Shown here: one piece after another, positions 8,219-17,611 of the stretch
How the letters are laid out: each line of letters starts with the position of its first letter
Numbering within the stretch: the stretch's first letter is position 1
Assembly (NCBI GenBank): GCA_963636455.1
Contig: CAVHKC010000001.1
Span: forward strand, 1 to 27,698
Direction of reading: 5' to 3'
Source: Ruthenibacterium lactatiformans
GTDB taxonomy: Bacteria; Bacillota; Clostridia; Lachnospirales; Lachnospiraceae
Length of the DNA stretch: 27,698 nt
The notes under the pieces: model-generated
The model's input: only the letters and a program-made list of their open reading frames with translations
What the model was told of the DNA's origin: nothing
Database searches by the model: none
Made by a program: the position numbers and the translations under genes

Positions 8219-9976
8219 ATGGCTGATGTAAATATTAAAATAAACGGAAATGATTACCAGGTGCCTGAAGGCGTCACGGTACTCGAAGCAGCCCGTATTG
8301 CAGGCTTCCACATTCCTACTCTTTGCTATTTGAAGGGTGTAAACGAAATCGGTGCATGCCGTATGTGCGTTGTTGAAGTAAAAGGGGCAAAAGGACTTGT
8401 TACCGCCTGTGTATACCCCGTAAACGATGGAATGGAGATAACAACCACATCTCCCAAAATCATTCAATCAAGAGTAAAAAATCTGCAGCTTCTGCTTTCA
8501 AACCACAACAGGGAATGCCTTTCCTGTGTTAGAAGCGGAAGGTGCGAACTTCAGGACCTCTGCCGCAAATATGATGTCCGTGAAGACTCCATATATGACG
8601 GTGCAAAGCCTTATCACACGCCGGACGACTCGGCAGTTCACATGGTAAGGGACAACAACAAATGCATACTCTGCAGGCGCTGCACTGCAGTATGCGAAAA
8701 AGTTCAGGATGTGGGCGTCATAGGAATAAATGAAAGAGGTTTCAATTCATATATCGGTTCGCCTTTCAACATGGGGCTCGGCGAGACATCATGCGTTGCC
8801 TGCGGTCAGTGTATTGCTGTCTGCCCTACCGGCACATTATATGAAAAAGACTACACTGCCGATGTTTTTGCGGCACTTGCAGATCCTTCCAAGCATGTTG
8901 TATGCCAGGTTGCGCCTGCCGTAAGAGCGGCTTTGGGTGAAGAATTTGACCTGCCTTTAGGAACTGAAGTTGAAGGCAAGATGGCAACTGCCTTGAGGAA
9001 ACTTGGTTTTGACAAGGTCTTCGACACAAACTTCTCGGCAGACCTTACAATCATGGAAGAAGCAAATGAATTTCTTGACCGTGTCAAAAACGGCGGAAAG
9101 CTTCCCCTTATAACATCATGCTCACCCGGCTGGATCAAATATTGCGAGCATTATCATCCCGATATGATTGACAATCTTTCTTCCTGCAAATCGCCGCAGC
9201 AGATGTTTGGTGCAATTTGCAAATCATATTATGCGCAGAATATGGGTGTAGACCCCAAAGATATTGTGATGGTAAGCTTCATGCCCTGCACTGCCAAAAA
9301 GTTCGAAATACAGCGTGAAAACGAATCGGGCACGGGGCTTCCTGATGTTGATTTTGCACTCACAACCAGAGAGCTTGGCAGAATGATCAAACGTGCAAGC
9401 ATAGACTTTGTATCGCTTGAAGACGGATACTTCGATGACCCCTTGGGCAAGTCTTCGGGAGCCGGAGTCATATTCGGTGCAACGGGCGGCGTTATGGAGG
9501 CTGCACTCCGCACGGCTGTCGAAAAACTTACGGGTGAAGAACTTGAAGCTCTTGACTTTATGGATGTAAGGGGAACCGAAGGAATCAAAGAAGCCACCTA
9601 CAATGTTGCTAACATGGAAGTAAATGTCTGTGTCGTATCAGGCCTTTCAAATGCCAACAAGGTTTTAAATATGGTTAAGAACGGTGAGAAAAACTATCAC
9701 TTCATAGAAGTCATGGCCTGTCCTGGAGGCTGCGTAAACGGCGGTGGACAGCCCAGAGTTCATTCGGATGTCAGAAATTTTGTCGATATCCGTGCAATCC
9801 GTGCAAAAGCCCTTTATGACTTGGATTTGAAACGGGAGAAGAGAAAATCGCACGAAAATCCGGACATAATAACGCTTTATGAGGAATTCTTGGGAAGACC
9901 GGGAAGCCACAAGGCACACACATTGCTTCACACATCCTATGTGAAACGTCCTATGTATACCTACGGGGAAAAATAA
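8219..9976 (+). CDS. hydA: [FeFe]-hydrogenase catalytic subunit, group A3-like
   Basis: H-cluster motifs TSCSPGW, MPCTAKK and EVMACPGGC. N-terminal [2Fe-2S], His-ligated cluster (HNRECLSC) and two [4Fe-4S] motifs. Start ATG 8219 follows AAGGAG. Confidence 0.96.
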   Translation: MADVNIKINGNDYQVPEGVTVLEAARIAGFHIPTLCYLKGVNEIGACRMCVVEVKGAKGLVTACVYPVNDGMEITTTSPKIIQSRVKNLQLLLSNHNRECLSCVRSGRCELQDLCRKYDVREDSIYDGAKPYHTPDDSAVHMVRDNNKCILCRRCTAVCEKVQDVGVIGINERGFNSYIGSPFNMGLGETSCVACGQCIAVCPTGTLYEKDYTADVFAALADPSKHVVCQVAPAVRAALGEEFDLPLGTEVEGKMATALRKLGFDKVFDTNFSADLTIMEEANEFLDRVKNGGKLPLITSCSPGWIKYCEHYHPDMIDNLSSCKSPQQMFGAICKSYYAQNMGVDPKDIVMVSFMPCTAKKFEIQRENESGTGLPDVDFALTTRELGRMIKRASIDFVSLEDGYFDDPLGKSSGAGVIFGATGGVMEAALRTAVEKLTGEELEALDFMDVRGTEGIKEATYNVANMEVNVCVVSGLSNANKVLNMVKNGEKNYHFIEVMACPGGCVNGGGQPRVHSDVRNFVDIRAIRAKALYDLDLKREKRKSHENPDIITLYEEFLGRPGSHKAHTLLHTSYVKRPMYTYGEK

Positions 9977-9997
9977 AATCAGCAAATAAATGTAAAC

Positions 9998-10042
9998 GCC
10001 GGGATTGGCTTCAAAAAGGCAAATCCCGGCATTTTTTATTTT
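9998..10042 (+). terminator. Intrinsic terminator of the hydrogenase operon
   Basis: GCCGGGATT...AATCCCGGC stem followed by ATTTTTTATTTT. Confidence 0.85.
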
Positions 10043-10074
10043 CCTGCAAAAGGCTTTAAATTCTTGCTTCGCAT

Positions 10075-10758
10075 TTAATATGGCTTATTAAGAGTTCTGA
10101 TTTTTGCGATTTCTTCTTCATCAAGCTCCTTTGCTCTTCCGAGCAGTTCGGTCTGGAAAAGCATTCTTGCATAAAATTCAACTGTTTCCATTCTCATATA
10201 TGCAGACATAAGGTCCTGCCCCCATGTAAGTGCTCCGTGATTTGCAAGCAGAACCGCGTTATATTCTTCCACAAACTTTTCGACATTGTCCGGAATCTCC
10301 GCTGTTGAAGGCGTTCCGTAATCTGCAACCGGAACCTTTCCTATTGCAAGCACAGCCTCTGCTGTAATCGGCCTTTCAAGCGGCTCGTTTGCTATCGCAT
10401 ATGTTGTTGCATAAGGCGGATGCGCATGAACCGCAGCGTTTACATCAGGCCTTTTTTCATAGACCCTCAAATGCATTTTAATTTCCGATGAGGGTTTGTA
10501 AATCCTTTTGCCGCTTTCGTTTTCCGACTTTATTTCGGATTTTGCGTTCATATAATCTGCAATAACTTTCCCTGAAATATCCACTTTGCAAATCATATCC
10601 GGCGTCATAAGTCCCTTTGAAACGCCTGTTGGCGTGCAAAGAAATACCCCGTTTTCAAGCCTTGCCGAAATATTCCCGTCGTTTGCCGCTACCATATTCT
10701 TTTCGTACATAAATCTTCCGATTCGGCAGATTTCTTCTCTTAACTTTTGTTCGTTCAT
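10075..10758 (-). CDS. Class II aldolase/adducin family protein (L-fuculose-phosphate aldolase-like)
   Basis: DGNIS, TPTG, PSSE, HAHP and NHG motifs. Likely start is ATG 10758 (MNEQKLREEI); its RBS is weak. Confidence 0.88.
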   Translation of the reverse strand: MNEQKLREEICRIGRFMYEKNMVAANDGNISARLENGVFLCTPTGVSKGLMTPDMICKVDISGKVIADYMNAKSEIKSENESGKRIYKPSSEIKMHLRVYEKRPDVNAAVHAHPPYATTYAIANEPLERPITAEAVLAIGKVPVADYGTPSTAEIPDNVEKFVEEYNAVLLANHGALTWGQDLMSAYMRMETVEFYARMLFQTELLGRAKELDEEEIAKIRTLNKPY

Positions 10759-10825
10759 GTCTTTTCCCGATTTCAAATATGTGATTTTCTTCTCTATATG
10801 GTCTGCAAAGTCCTTTGCCGTCTTA

Positions 10826-10857
10826 AAATAAAAAAATAACACGTGACGGCACGTGTT
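10826..10857 (-). terminator. Intrinsic terminator after tRNA-Leu
   Basis: AACACGTG-4 nt-CACGTGTT hairpin (10838-10857) followed on the minus strand by ATTTTTTTATTTT. Confidence 0.8.
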
Positions 10858-10867
10858 AAATTCTTAA

Positions 10868-10951
10868 TGCGGATAACAGGAGTTGAACCTGCATGAGTGT
10901 TACCTCACATGGACCTGAACCATGCGCGTCTGCCTATTCCGCCATATCCGC
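10868..10951 (-). tRNA. tRNA-Leu (anticodon CAG), CCA not encoded
   Basis: Acceptor stem GCGGATA/TATCCGC plus discriminator A, D-arm GGCGGAATAGGCAGACGC, anticodon arm CATGG-TTCAGGT-CCATG, long variable arm, T-arm GCAGG-TTCAACT-CCTGT. Confidence 0.97.
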
Positions 10952-10988
10952 ATGGGTAAGTACCCGAATTCGGATACTTACGGCTGAA

Positions 10989-11252
10989 TTATTTCATTCC
11001 GTTTACGGCTTTGGCCATACGAGAAACCTTGCGTGATGTCATATTTTTGTGATATACGCCCTTTGTTCCGGCCTTATCCAATTCAACTGTTGCCAATCTC
11101 AAAGCTTCCTGAGCTGATGCCTTGTCACCACTTTCGATTGCAGCATAGACCTTCTTGATATAAGTCTTTGTTCTTGATTTGATAGCCTTGTTTCTGTCAG
11201 CCTTTTTCTGATTAACTAAAATTCTTTTCTTTGCAGATTTAATGTTAGCCAA
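10989..11252 (-). CDS. rpsT: 30S ribosomal protein S20
   Basis: ANIKSAKKR N-terminus and KGVYHKN motif; TTG start 8 nt after GGAGG. Confidence 0.97.
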   Translation of the reverse strand: MANIKSAKKRILVNQKKADRNKAIKSRTKTYIKKVYAAIESGDKASAQEALRLATVELDKAGTKGVYHKNMTSRKVSRMAKAVNGMK

Positions 11253-11373
11253 TTCTTTTTCCTCCACATTTAAACAGTTGCTTTCGCTTATCGGCCCTGA
11301 GAGAGTGTTTGGGCTTTTAAACTCAACCTCCGCGCAGGATTTGCGGACTTAACCTGTACGCAGATACCAAGGT

Positions 11374-11402
11374 ATTTTATGCCATACGCCCCCGCTTGTC
11401 AA
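11374..11402 (-). promoter_or_regulatory. Sigma-A promoter of rpsT-tRNA-Leu
   Basis: TTGACA-N17-TAAAAT, near consensus. Confidence 0.8.
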
Positions 11403-11591
11403 TGAGGTTTCGGATTTTTCTTCATTCGGTTTAGTCAAAGCCGCCATTTAATTTTAATGCCTCAAGCTGCAAAAAAATTAAATGCCCCAAATATCATCTT
11501 AAAACAATGGAATATTTGATTTAAAAATGTTATGCTTTTGTTGCCTAAAAAGGCAGACATAACTGTTTACAAAATTCAAGGAGGATATAAT

Positions 11592-12287
11592 ATGAACTAC
11601 AAAATATTAGGTGATTCTGACTGTCCGCTGATACACATTGAACTTGCAGCCGGCGAAACAATCAAAGTCGAGCGCGGAGCCATGGCTTATATTTCAAATG
11701 TGTCTCTCGAGGGTAAGATCAACAGCTCTCACAAAGGAGTCGGCGGAGTGTTTGGTGCCATAGGAAGAAGCCTGACAAGCGGTGAAAGCATGTTCATCAC
11801 CTATGCAACAGGCCAGACAAACGACTCTTATATAGGAATTGCACCGAGCATCCCCGGAAAAATCAGATGTCTTGATATCGATGAAAGGCACCAATACCGC
11901 TTAAACACAGGTGCTTTCCTTGCATGCGACAACAGCATTGAATATCTGATGAAATCACAAAGTGTTTCGAAGGCATTCTTAGGCGGCACCGGCGGATTCT
12001 TTGTAATGGAAACGCAGGGCAAAGGACAAATCCTTGTTAATGCATTCGGCGATATTTTGGAAATGCATGTTACTCCGGACCACCCGATCACAATCGACAA
12101 CGAGCATGTTGTGGCATGGGATGCTGCCTTAACCTACAATATCCACGCCGCAAGCGGTGCCATAGGATTCACGACAGGTGAAGGATTTGTCAATGAATTT
12201 CACGGCGAAGGAATCATTCTGATTCAGACCAGAAATCTCCACAATTTGGCAGATGCTTTAAGCCCGTTCCTTCCCTCCGGAAACTAA
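11592..12287 (+). CDS. AIM24/TIGR00266 family protein
   Basis: ERGAMAY, SGESMF, GAFLA, GGFFVM, IDNEHVVAWD, GEGFV and QTRN motifs; ATG after AAGGAGG. Confidence 0.88.
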   Translation: MNYKILGDSDCPLIHIELAAGETIKVERGAMAYISNVSLEGKINSSHKGVGGVFGAIGRSLTSGESMFITYATGQTNDSYIGIAPSIPGKIRCLDIDERHQYRLNTGAFLACDNSIEYLMKSQSVSKAFLGGTGGFFVMETQGKGQILVNAFGDILEMHVTPDHPITIDNEHVVAWDAALTYNIHAASGAIGFTTGEGFVNEFHGEGIILIQTRNLHNLADALSPFLPSGN

Positions 12288-14519
12288 AGAATCCTTTTTC
12301 TTCGGCTCGTGCCAAACGAACCACGAAGAAAGCATAAGAATCAAATAAACTGCGGCGGGTATGAACATATTCCACGAATTTTGCTCGCCGATAAAAAACC
12401 ACTCCAAAACGAAATCGGCTGCGGCTGCGGCAATCAGGCACGGAACCAGTATCCGATTTCGTTTGTTTTTGTACTTGCTCCAGCCTTTAAGCAGCACCAT
12501 AATGATAAGAAGCAAAACAATCAGCTTCATGAGTGCCTTAGCTATCGGATATGCGGGAATATAATACCAAAGCTGAAGTTCAAGCAAGGTGAAAATCGCG
12601 GCATTCACAAGCGTCCATATCCATGTGGCAGCTCCCTTGCGTTCTTTTTTTCTGACCTTCCTTACTATTGCCAAAATTATAGACAAGAGAAGCTCGAAGG
12701 CAATCAAAGCCGCCAGCAAAATTCCTATTCCGAAAACTTCGTTTATTGTCAGATATTTCCTTTGCAGTGTAGAAACAAGCATATGCTGTGTGGGCGAATA
12801 TTCCCCGTCCATATAAGCTTCATAAACTTTGGTATATTTTTCCATCTCTTCATCAAGAGAAATCGAATTGTTTTTTACGCTGATCTTATAGAGCTGATTT
12901 TTTTCCATATCTATTGTCTGGTAACTTGAAATTTGTGTATGAATGGTTTCCGCAGACATTGAAGATCCTACATAAACAATTCCCTGTATGGAATCCGATG
13001 AGGCATAAATATCCCAGTCCGAATCGCCTGGAAGTGTGAGCATAATCTGCTGTCCGTAGGTTTTTGTGGCTTTGCCGACTCTCACATCAGGCATATTGTA
13101 GTACTTGTCGGAATAAAAATTCTGAATCGTCCCGTCGCTTTTGACAGTTTCTACAAGCTTTCCTCCGCAGATTATCTGCAGATTCACAGTCCCATAAACC
13201 GCAAGCTGCATATAAGTCGTATTTTCAGAAAAAACCCGGTCGGGGTCATCATATGCAAATAATCTTGCAATGTATTTGTATGGCAAATGCTCATTGAACA
13301 AATTTGTCATGCCAAGTTCCACATCCCATGCTCCGGACTTTTTCTGTTCTTTGTTGCCCCTTAATATATATGAATTGGCAAGGCTTTGCAGATATTCTGT
13401 AAGCTCACCTATTTCCTGCGAATTTTGCGGATTGTTTTTCTCAAACTGCGACATTATATTTATCAATCCGGTAATACCTATAGAAAGGCCTCCGTCCATT
13501 GAATCAAGGAGTATCGGCTGAAATTTTTCGGTATATGTTTTTGTGTCGGGCAAAATCATGCAGATATAGTCAAATATTACTCTAAGCTGGGAAGTTATTT
13601 CGGGATTTACTGTCATATTGCTTGAAATAAGCTGCTTGTATACCTCATTTGTTTTTGCGATATTTTCCATGATATCGCTGTCGGCTTCGATTGATTTTGT
13701 ATACATATCAACCCCGTAACGGGCAAAGCCCCAATCCGCAAACGGAAGCTTTGTGACTATATCGTCTTTTCCGATAATATTGAAAATATTGCTGTAATTT
13801 CCGGGCTCTTTTGTTGTTCTGGGAGATGCGATGCAATATGCAAAAACATCCTTGAATTTACCTGAGTCGTTAAGGTCTGCAGCTGCGATATTTGCAACTG
13901 CGGCACCTCTGCTGTACCCTGTTATCCAGATTTTCACATCTTTAGTTATATTTTGTTTGCTAATGTATTCGTCAATCGCAGCTTCTGCCTTCTTTGCGGC
14001 ATTATCAAACCCTTCTGCCCTCACGCCGTCTCCGACTGTGAAATTGCCTGCCCATTCCATCGAATAATTCCCGCCGCATATTGCCACTGCCACAAGCGTG
14101 AAATCTCCGATTTGTTTATGTGCCAGCCCATATGCAACCGAGTCTTTCGTAGGCTCTGTATTATATGTTTCTGTCGAAATATCTTCAAATTTCGCATCAC
14201 TTAAAAACTGAACAAGGTTGTCGGCTTGTTCCAATTTATTGTTTGTGTCTCTGAATGCAGCCACAGAAAGGCCTGTCGAACAGCGGGCAAGCAAATGATT
14301 GTAGTTTCCCGAAGGCTGATTGAAGAAATCATCACTGTAGGGATAGTCCCAGGAAGTCATTGTGCCAAAGCCTGTCATAGTGCCGTTTATCGTTTGAATG
14401 TTATCGGAAGATGTATCTGCCGCTGTCACGCCTTTGTATGCATAAACTGTATTTCCGATTAGTGCTGTCAAAACAAGGCACAAAACTATCACAACAGAGA
14501 TTTTTTTTATTTTTGACAT
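12258..14519 (-). CDS. Exported/membrane-anchored lipase class 3-like alpha/beta hydrolase with about five C-terminal transmembrane helices
   Basis: N-terminal signal-like segment, nucleophile elbow WITGYSRG, ASPR, DIVTKLP and a candidate catalytic His (EHLP); hydrophobic C-terminus. Start ATG 14519 follows GAGGA. Confidence 0.75.
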   Translation of the reverse strand: MSKIKKISVVIVLCLVLTALIGNTVYAYKGVTAADTSSDNIQTINGTMTGFGTMTSWDYPYSDDFFNQPSGNYNHLLARCSTGLSVAAFRDTNNKLEQADNLVQFLSDAKFEDISTETYNTEPTKDSVAYGLAHKQIGDFTLVAVAICGGNYSMEWAGNFTVGDGVRAEGFDNAAKKAEAAIDEYISKQNITKDVKIWITGYSRGAAVANIAAADLNDSGKFKDVFAYCIASPRTTKEPGNYSNIFNIIGKDDIVTKLPFADWGFARYGVDMYTKSIEADSDIMENIAKTNEVYKQLISSNMTVNPEITSQLRVIFDYICMILPDTKTYTEKFQPILLDSMDGGLSIGITGLINIMSQFEKNNPQNSQEIGELTEYLQSLANSYILRGNKEQKKSGAWDVELGMTNLFNEHLPYKYIARLFAYDDPDRVFSENTTYMQLAVYGTVNLQIICGGKLVETVKSDGTIQNFYSDKYYNMPDVRVGKATKTYGQQIMLTLPGDSDWDIYASSDSIQGIVYVGSSMSAETIHTQISSYQTIDMEKNQLYKISVKNNSISLDEEMEKYTKVYEAYMDGEYSPTQHMLVSTLQRKYLTINEVFGIGILLAALIAFELLLSIILAIVRKVRKKERKGAATWIWTLVNAAIFTLLELQLWYYIPAYPIAKALMKLIVLLLIIMVLLKGWSKYKNKRNRILVPCLIAAAAADFVLEWFFIGEQNSWNMFIPAAVYLILMLSSWFVWHEPKKKDSLVSGGKERA

Positions 14520-14695
14520 CACGAGTTTCCTCTTTGAAATTTCATTTATGGGCAATATTTGGCCTCGAAAGCTCCATATCCGCATTATTTTAGCACCGCA
14601 AAAAACATTTCTCAATACAATGCCAAAATAATACGCCTGCATGTCTGATTTATTTGATTAAAGTGCAAAAGGACATTTCTTCAAATTATATTTCC

Positions 14696-14725
14696 TTGAC
14701 CTCATATTCTTTTTCAATGTATACT
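14696..14725 (+). promoter_or_regulatory. Putative sigma-A promoter of the radical SAM gene
   Basis: TTGACC-N18-TATACT. Confidence 0.5.
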
Positions 14726-14831
14726 CGGGCTGTTTAAGTCCGCAAAATTTGCAGGACACAGGATGGCTTGCAGATTACCTGCAAAGCCTTGCCAATTCAT
14801 ATATATTAAAATGTTTTTTTGAAATACAATT

Positions 14832-15779
14832 ATGGAACGATACTACTCTTTGAACAGATATCTTCGCGAAAAATACGGCGAAAAGGTTTATAAGCTTGCA
14901 ATTGATTCCGGCTTAAGCTGCCCCAATCGTGACGGAACGCTTGACACAAGAGGCTGCATTTTCTGCAGCAACGGCGGAAGCGGTGATTTTTCATGCAAAA
15001 CTTTGGCAGAAGCCAAGGCTTTTTTGAGGCATGAAAATCCGCAGGACATTTTTGAACCCAAGTTCACTGGCAAAAAATATATTGCGTATTATCAGTCATT
15101 CAGCAACACCTATGCCCCTGTCGAAAAACTTGAGCAGATTTTCAAACCAGCACTTGAAGACGATGAAGTAGTTTCGCTTGCAATCGCAACCCGTCCCGAT
15201 TGTCTGCCGCCGTTCATTTTGGAATATCTTTATGAACTGAATCTTGCAAAACCAATCTGGACAGAGCTCGGCCTTCAGACAATCCACCCCGAAACCGCTG
15301 CTTTCATAAGGCGTGATTATGCACTTGATACATTTGAGGCTGCCGTAAAAAACCTCAGGCTCATCCATGTTGATGTTGTTGTCCATCTCATTTTGGGACT
15401 GCCGGGAGAATCTAAAAAAGATATGCTCGAATCCGTACGCTACTTAAATACACAGGATATTCAGGGCGTAAAGCTTCACCTTCTGCATATTCTGGAAGGA
15501 ACGGACCTTGGAACAATGTACAAAAAAGGAAAAGGCAAAACAAAAATCAGGCTGAACGATTTTTTATATTATGAGCCGATGAGCCTTGATGAATATGCAG
15601 ACCTCATATGCGACTGCATAGGCAATCTGCGAAGCGATATCGTAATTCACAGGCTCACAGGTGACGGCCCGAAGAACCTGCTGCTTTCGCCCATGTGGAG
15701 TGCCGACAAGAAAAAAGTTTTGAATACAATAAACAAAAGGCTTGAAGAACGCAATATCACGCAAGGGTGTATGCTGTAA
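14832..15779 (+). CDS. Radical SAM protein, TIGR01212 (YhcC/YtqA) family
   Basis: CPNRDGT...GCIFC, YQSFSNTY, ATRPDC, ELGLQT, GLPGE and HRLTGD motifs. Confidence 0.92.
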   Translation: MERYYSLNRYLREKYGEKVYKLAIDSGLSCPNRDGTLDTRGCIFCSNGGSGDFSCKTLAEAKAFLRHENPQDIFEPKFTGKKYIAYYQSFSNTYAPVEKLEQIFKPALEDDEVVSLAIATRPDCLPPFILEYLYELNLAKPIWTELGLQTIHPETAAFIRRDYALDTFEAAVKNLRLIHVDVVVHLILGLPGESKKDMLESVRYLNTQDIQGVKLHLLHILEGTDLGTMYKKGKGKTKIRLNDFLYYEPMSLDEYADLICDCIGNLRSDIVIHRLTGDGPKNLLLSPMWSADKKKVLNTINKRLEERNITQGCML

Positions 15780-15880
15780 TATATCACTCTCCGGCTTTTG
15801 CCGAAAGGCTAAAACGGCACTTGGCCCGCCTTTTAGCTGATGCAATCGGCAAAACCGGGAGTATGACCCTTTTATGGATT

Positions 15881-17611
15881 TTAAGAGCACATCGCGTCTT
15901 TAATCATTTCCATTTTTTCGGCGGCTGCTTTTTCATTTTTGTCAATTACGCCGAAATAGTATTTTATCTTGGGTTCTGTGCCCGAAGGGCGCACAGCGAC
16001 CCACGCATCGTCCAAAACAAAGTACAGCACATTGGATTTGGGAAGCTTGGTTTCTTTGGGATTGTTGTAATCAACAACTTTCTTAACCTGCATGCCACCG
16101 ATTTCATTAGGCATGTTATTGCGGAGTTTTTCCATATCCTCGGCGATTTCTTTCATGCCGTCAACGCCCTTTTTTGTGATCGAAAGCGTCTGCTCAATCG
16201 AATAGCCGTATTTTTCATACATCATTCCGACAGCATCCCAAAGCTTTATGCCCTGCGTTTTGTAATATGCGCAAATTTCTGCAAGAACAAGTGCCGTAAC
16301 ACAAGCGTCCTTATCTCGTGCATGAGTTCCCACAAGATAACCGTAGCTTTCCTCATATCCGAAAACAAAATGCCCGTGTTTTCGCTTTTCAATATCTAGA
16401 ATTTCCTTGCCTATCCATTTGAATCCCGTAAGGACTTCCTTCACCTTGACATTATAATTCTTTGCGATAACATCGATAAGCTTGCTTGAAACAATCGAGC
16501 GCACAACCTCGGAATTTTCTGGGAGCGTGCCATTTTCGCTTAAACGGCCAAGCTCATATTCGCAGATAAGACAGCCGATAACATTTCCGCTCAGTTCATG
16601 GAATTTTCCGTCAGAACCCATCGCATGAATGCCTATCCTGTCCGCATCCGGGTCTGTCGCAATGCAAATGTCCGCACCGACTTGATATCCCAGTTTCTCA
16701 GCCAATTCAAAGGTCTGCGGCATTTCGGGGTTCGGATATGGTGTTGTCGGAAAATCGCCGTCAGGTTCTGCCTGCTCTCCAACAATATAAATATTTTTGA
16801 TTCCTGCACGCCTGAGAACTTCCGGAACAATTTTGATTCCCGTTCCGTGAAGCGGCGTATAGACGATTTTAACATCTTCTCCCGCTTCTTTTACCATTTC
16901 AGGGTTTCTTATCTGCTTCAGGATAGTGCTCATATAAATTTCGTCAACATCCTTGCCTATCTGAACATAAAGCCCTTTTTTCACCGCTTCATCCTTGTCC
17001 ATAAGTCTGGGCGAAGAAAGGTTTGTGATTGCATTGACGCAGTTCATAATGCCCTCGTCATAAGGCGGCGTAACCTGTGCACCATCAGCCCAATAAGCCT
17101 TGTAGCCGTTGTATTCTGCGGGGTTGTGTGAAGCTGTGATATTGATACCCGAAATGCAGTTAAGTTCCCTTATTGCAAAAGAAAGTTCGGGCGTTGGCCT
17201 TAAGCTTTCAAAAACATAGGTTTTTATGCCGTTTGCGTTCAGGCATGCCGCCGCAAAATCCGAAAATTCTTTTGACATATGACGGGAATCATAAGCAATT
17301 GCAGCGGCCCTTTCAGGGGCATTCTGCTTTCCCGGAAGTGCCTTAAGTTCTGCGGCATTTTCTCCCTCATCAAAAAATGAATTTATGTAATCTGCAAGTC
17401 CCTGAGTTGCCTTGCATACTGTATACTTGTTCATACGGTTCGTGCCGGCACCCAAAACTCCTCTAAGTCCTGCCGTTCCGAATTCCAATTCTTGGTAAAA
17501 TCTGTCTTCTATCTCTTTTTCATTATTCTTAATTGCAGCCAGCTCAGCCTTGGTTTCCGCATCAATGCACGGGTCATTCATCCAGCTGTTGTATACATCA
17601 ATCGCAGTCAT
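15881..17611 (-). CDS. pgm: Phosphoglucomutase/phosphomannomutase (phospho-sugar mutase)
   Basis: FGTAGLRG, TASHNP (phospho-Ser), DPDADR, YEESYG and RPSGTEPK motifs; AAGGAG RBS. Confidence 0.93.
   Translation of the reverse strand: MTAIDVYNSWMNDPCIDAETKAELAAIKNNEKEIEDRFYQELEFGTAGLRGVLGAGTNRMNKYTVCKATQGLADYINSFFDEGENAAELKALPGKQNAPERAAAIAYDSRHMSKEFSDFAAACLNANGIKTYVFESLRPTPELSFAIRELNCISGINITASHNPAEYNGYKAYWADGAQVTPPYDEGIMNCVNAITNLSSPRLMDKDEAVKKGLYVQIGKDVDEIYMSTILKQIRNPEMVKEAGEDVKIVYTPLHGTGIKIVPEVLRRAGIKNIYIVGEQAEPDGDFPTTPYPNPEMPQTFELAEKLGYQVGADICIATDPDADRIGIHAMGSDGKFHELSGNVIGCLICEYELGRLSENGTLPENSEVVRSIVSSKLIDVIAKNYNVKVKEVLTGFKWIGKEILDIEKRKHGHFVFGYEESYGYLVGTHARDKDACVTALVLAEICAYYKTQGIKLWDAVGMMYEKYGYSIEQTLSITKKGVDGMKEIAEDMEKLRNNMPNEIGGMQVKKVVDYNNPKETKLPKSNVLYFVLDDAWVAVRPSGTEPKIKYYFGVIDKNEKAAAEKMEMIKDAMCS

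Noticed and set aside
10800..10951. tRNA-Leu as an integration site
   Set aside because: No integrase and no duplicated tRNA 3' end seen in the window.
11340..14745. Shared 13-mer TTAAGTCCGCAAA in the rpsT leader (minus) and the radical SAM leader (plus)
   Set aside because: A single 13-nt match is expected by chance in a window this size, and the flanks do not align.
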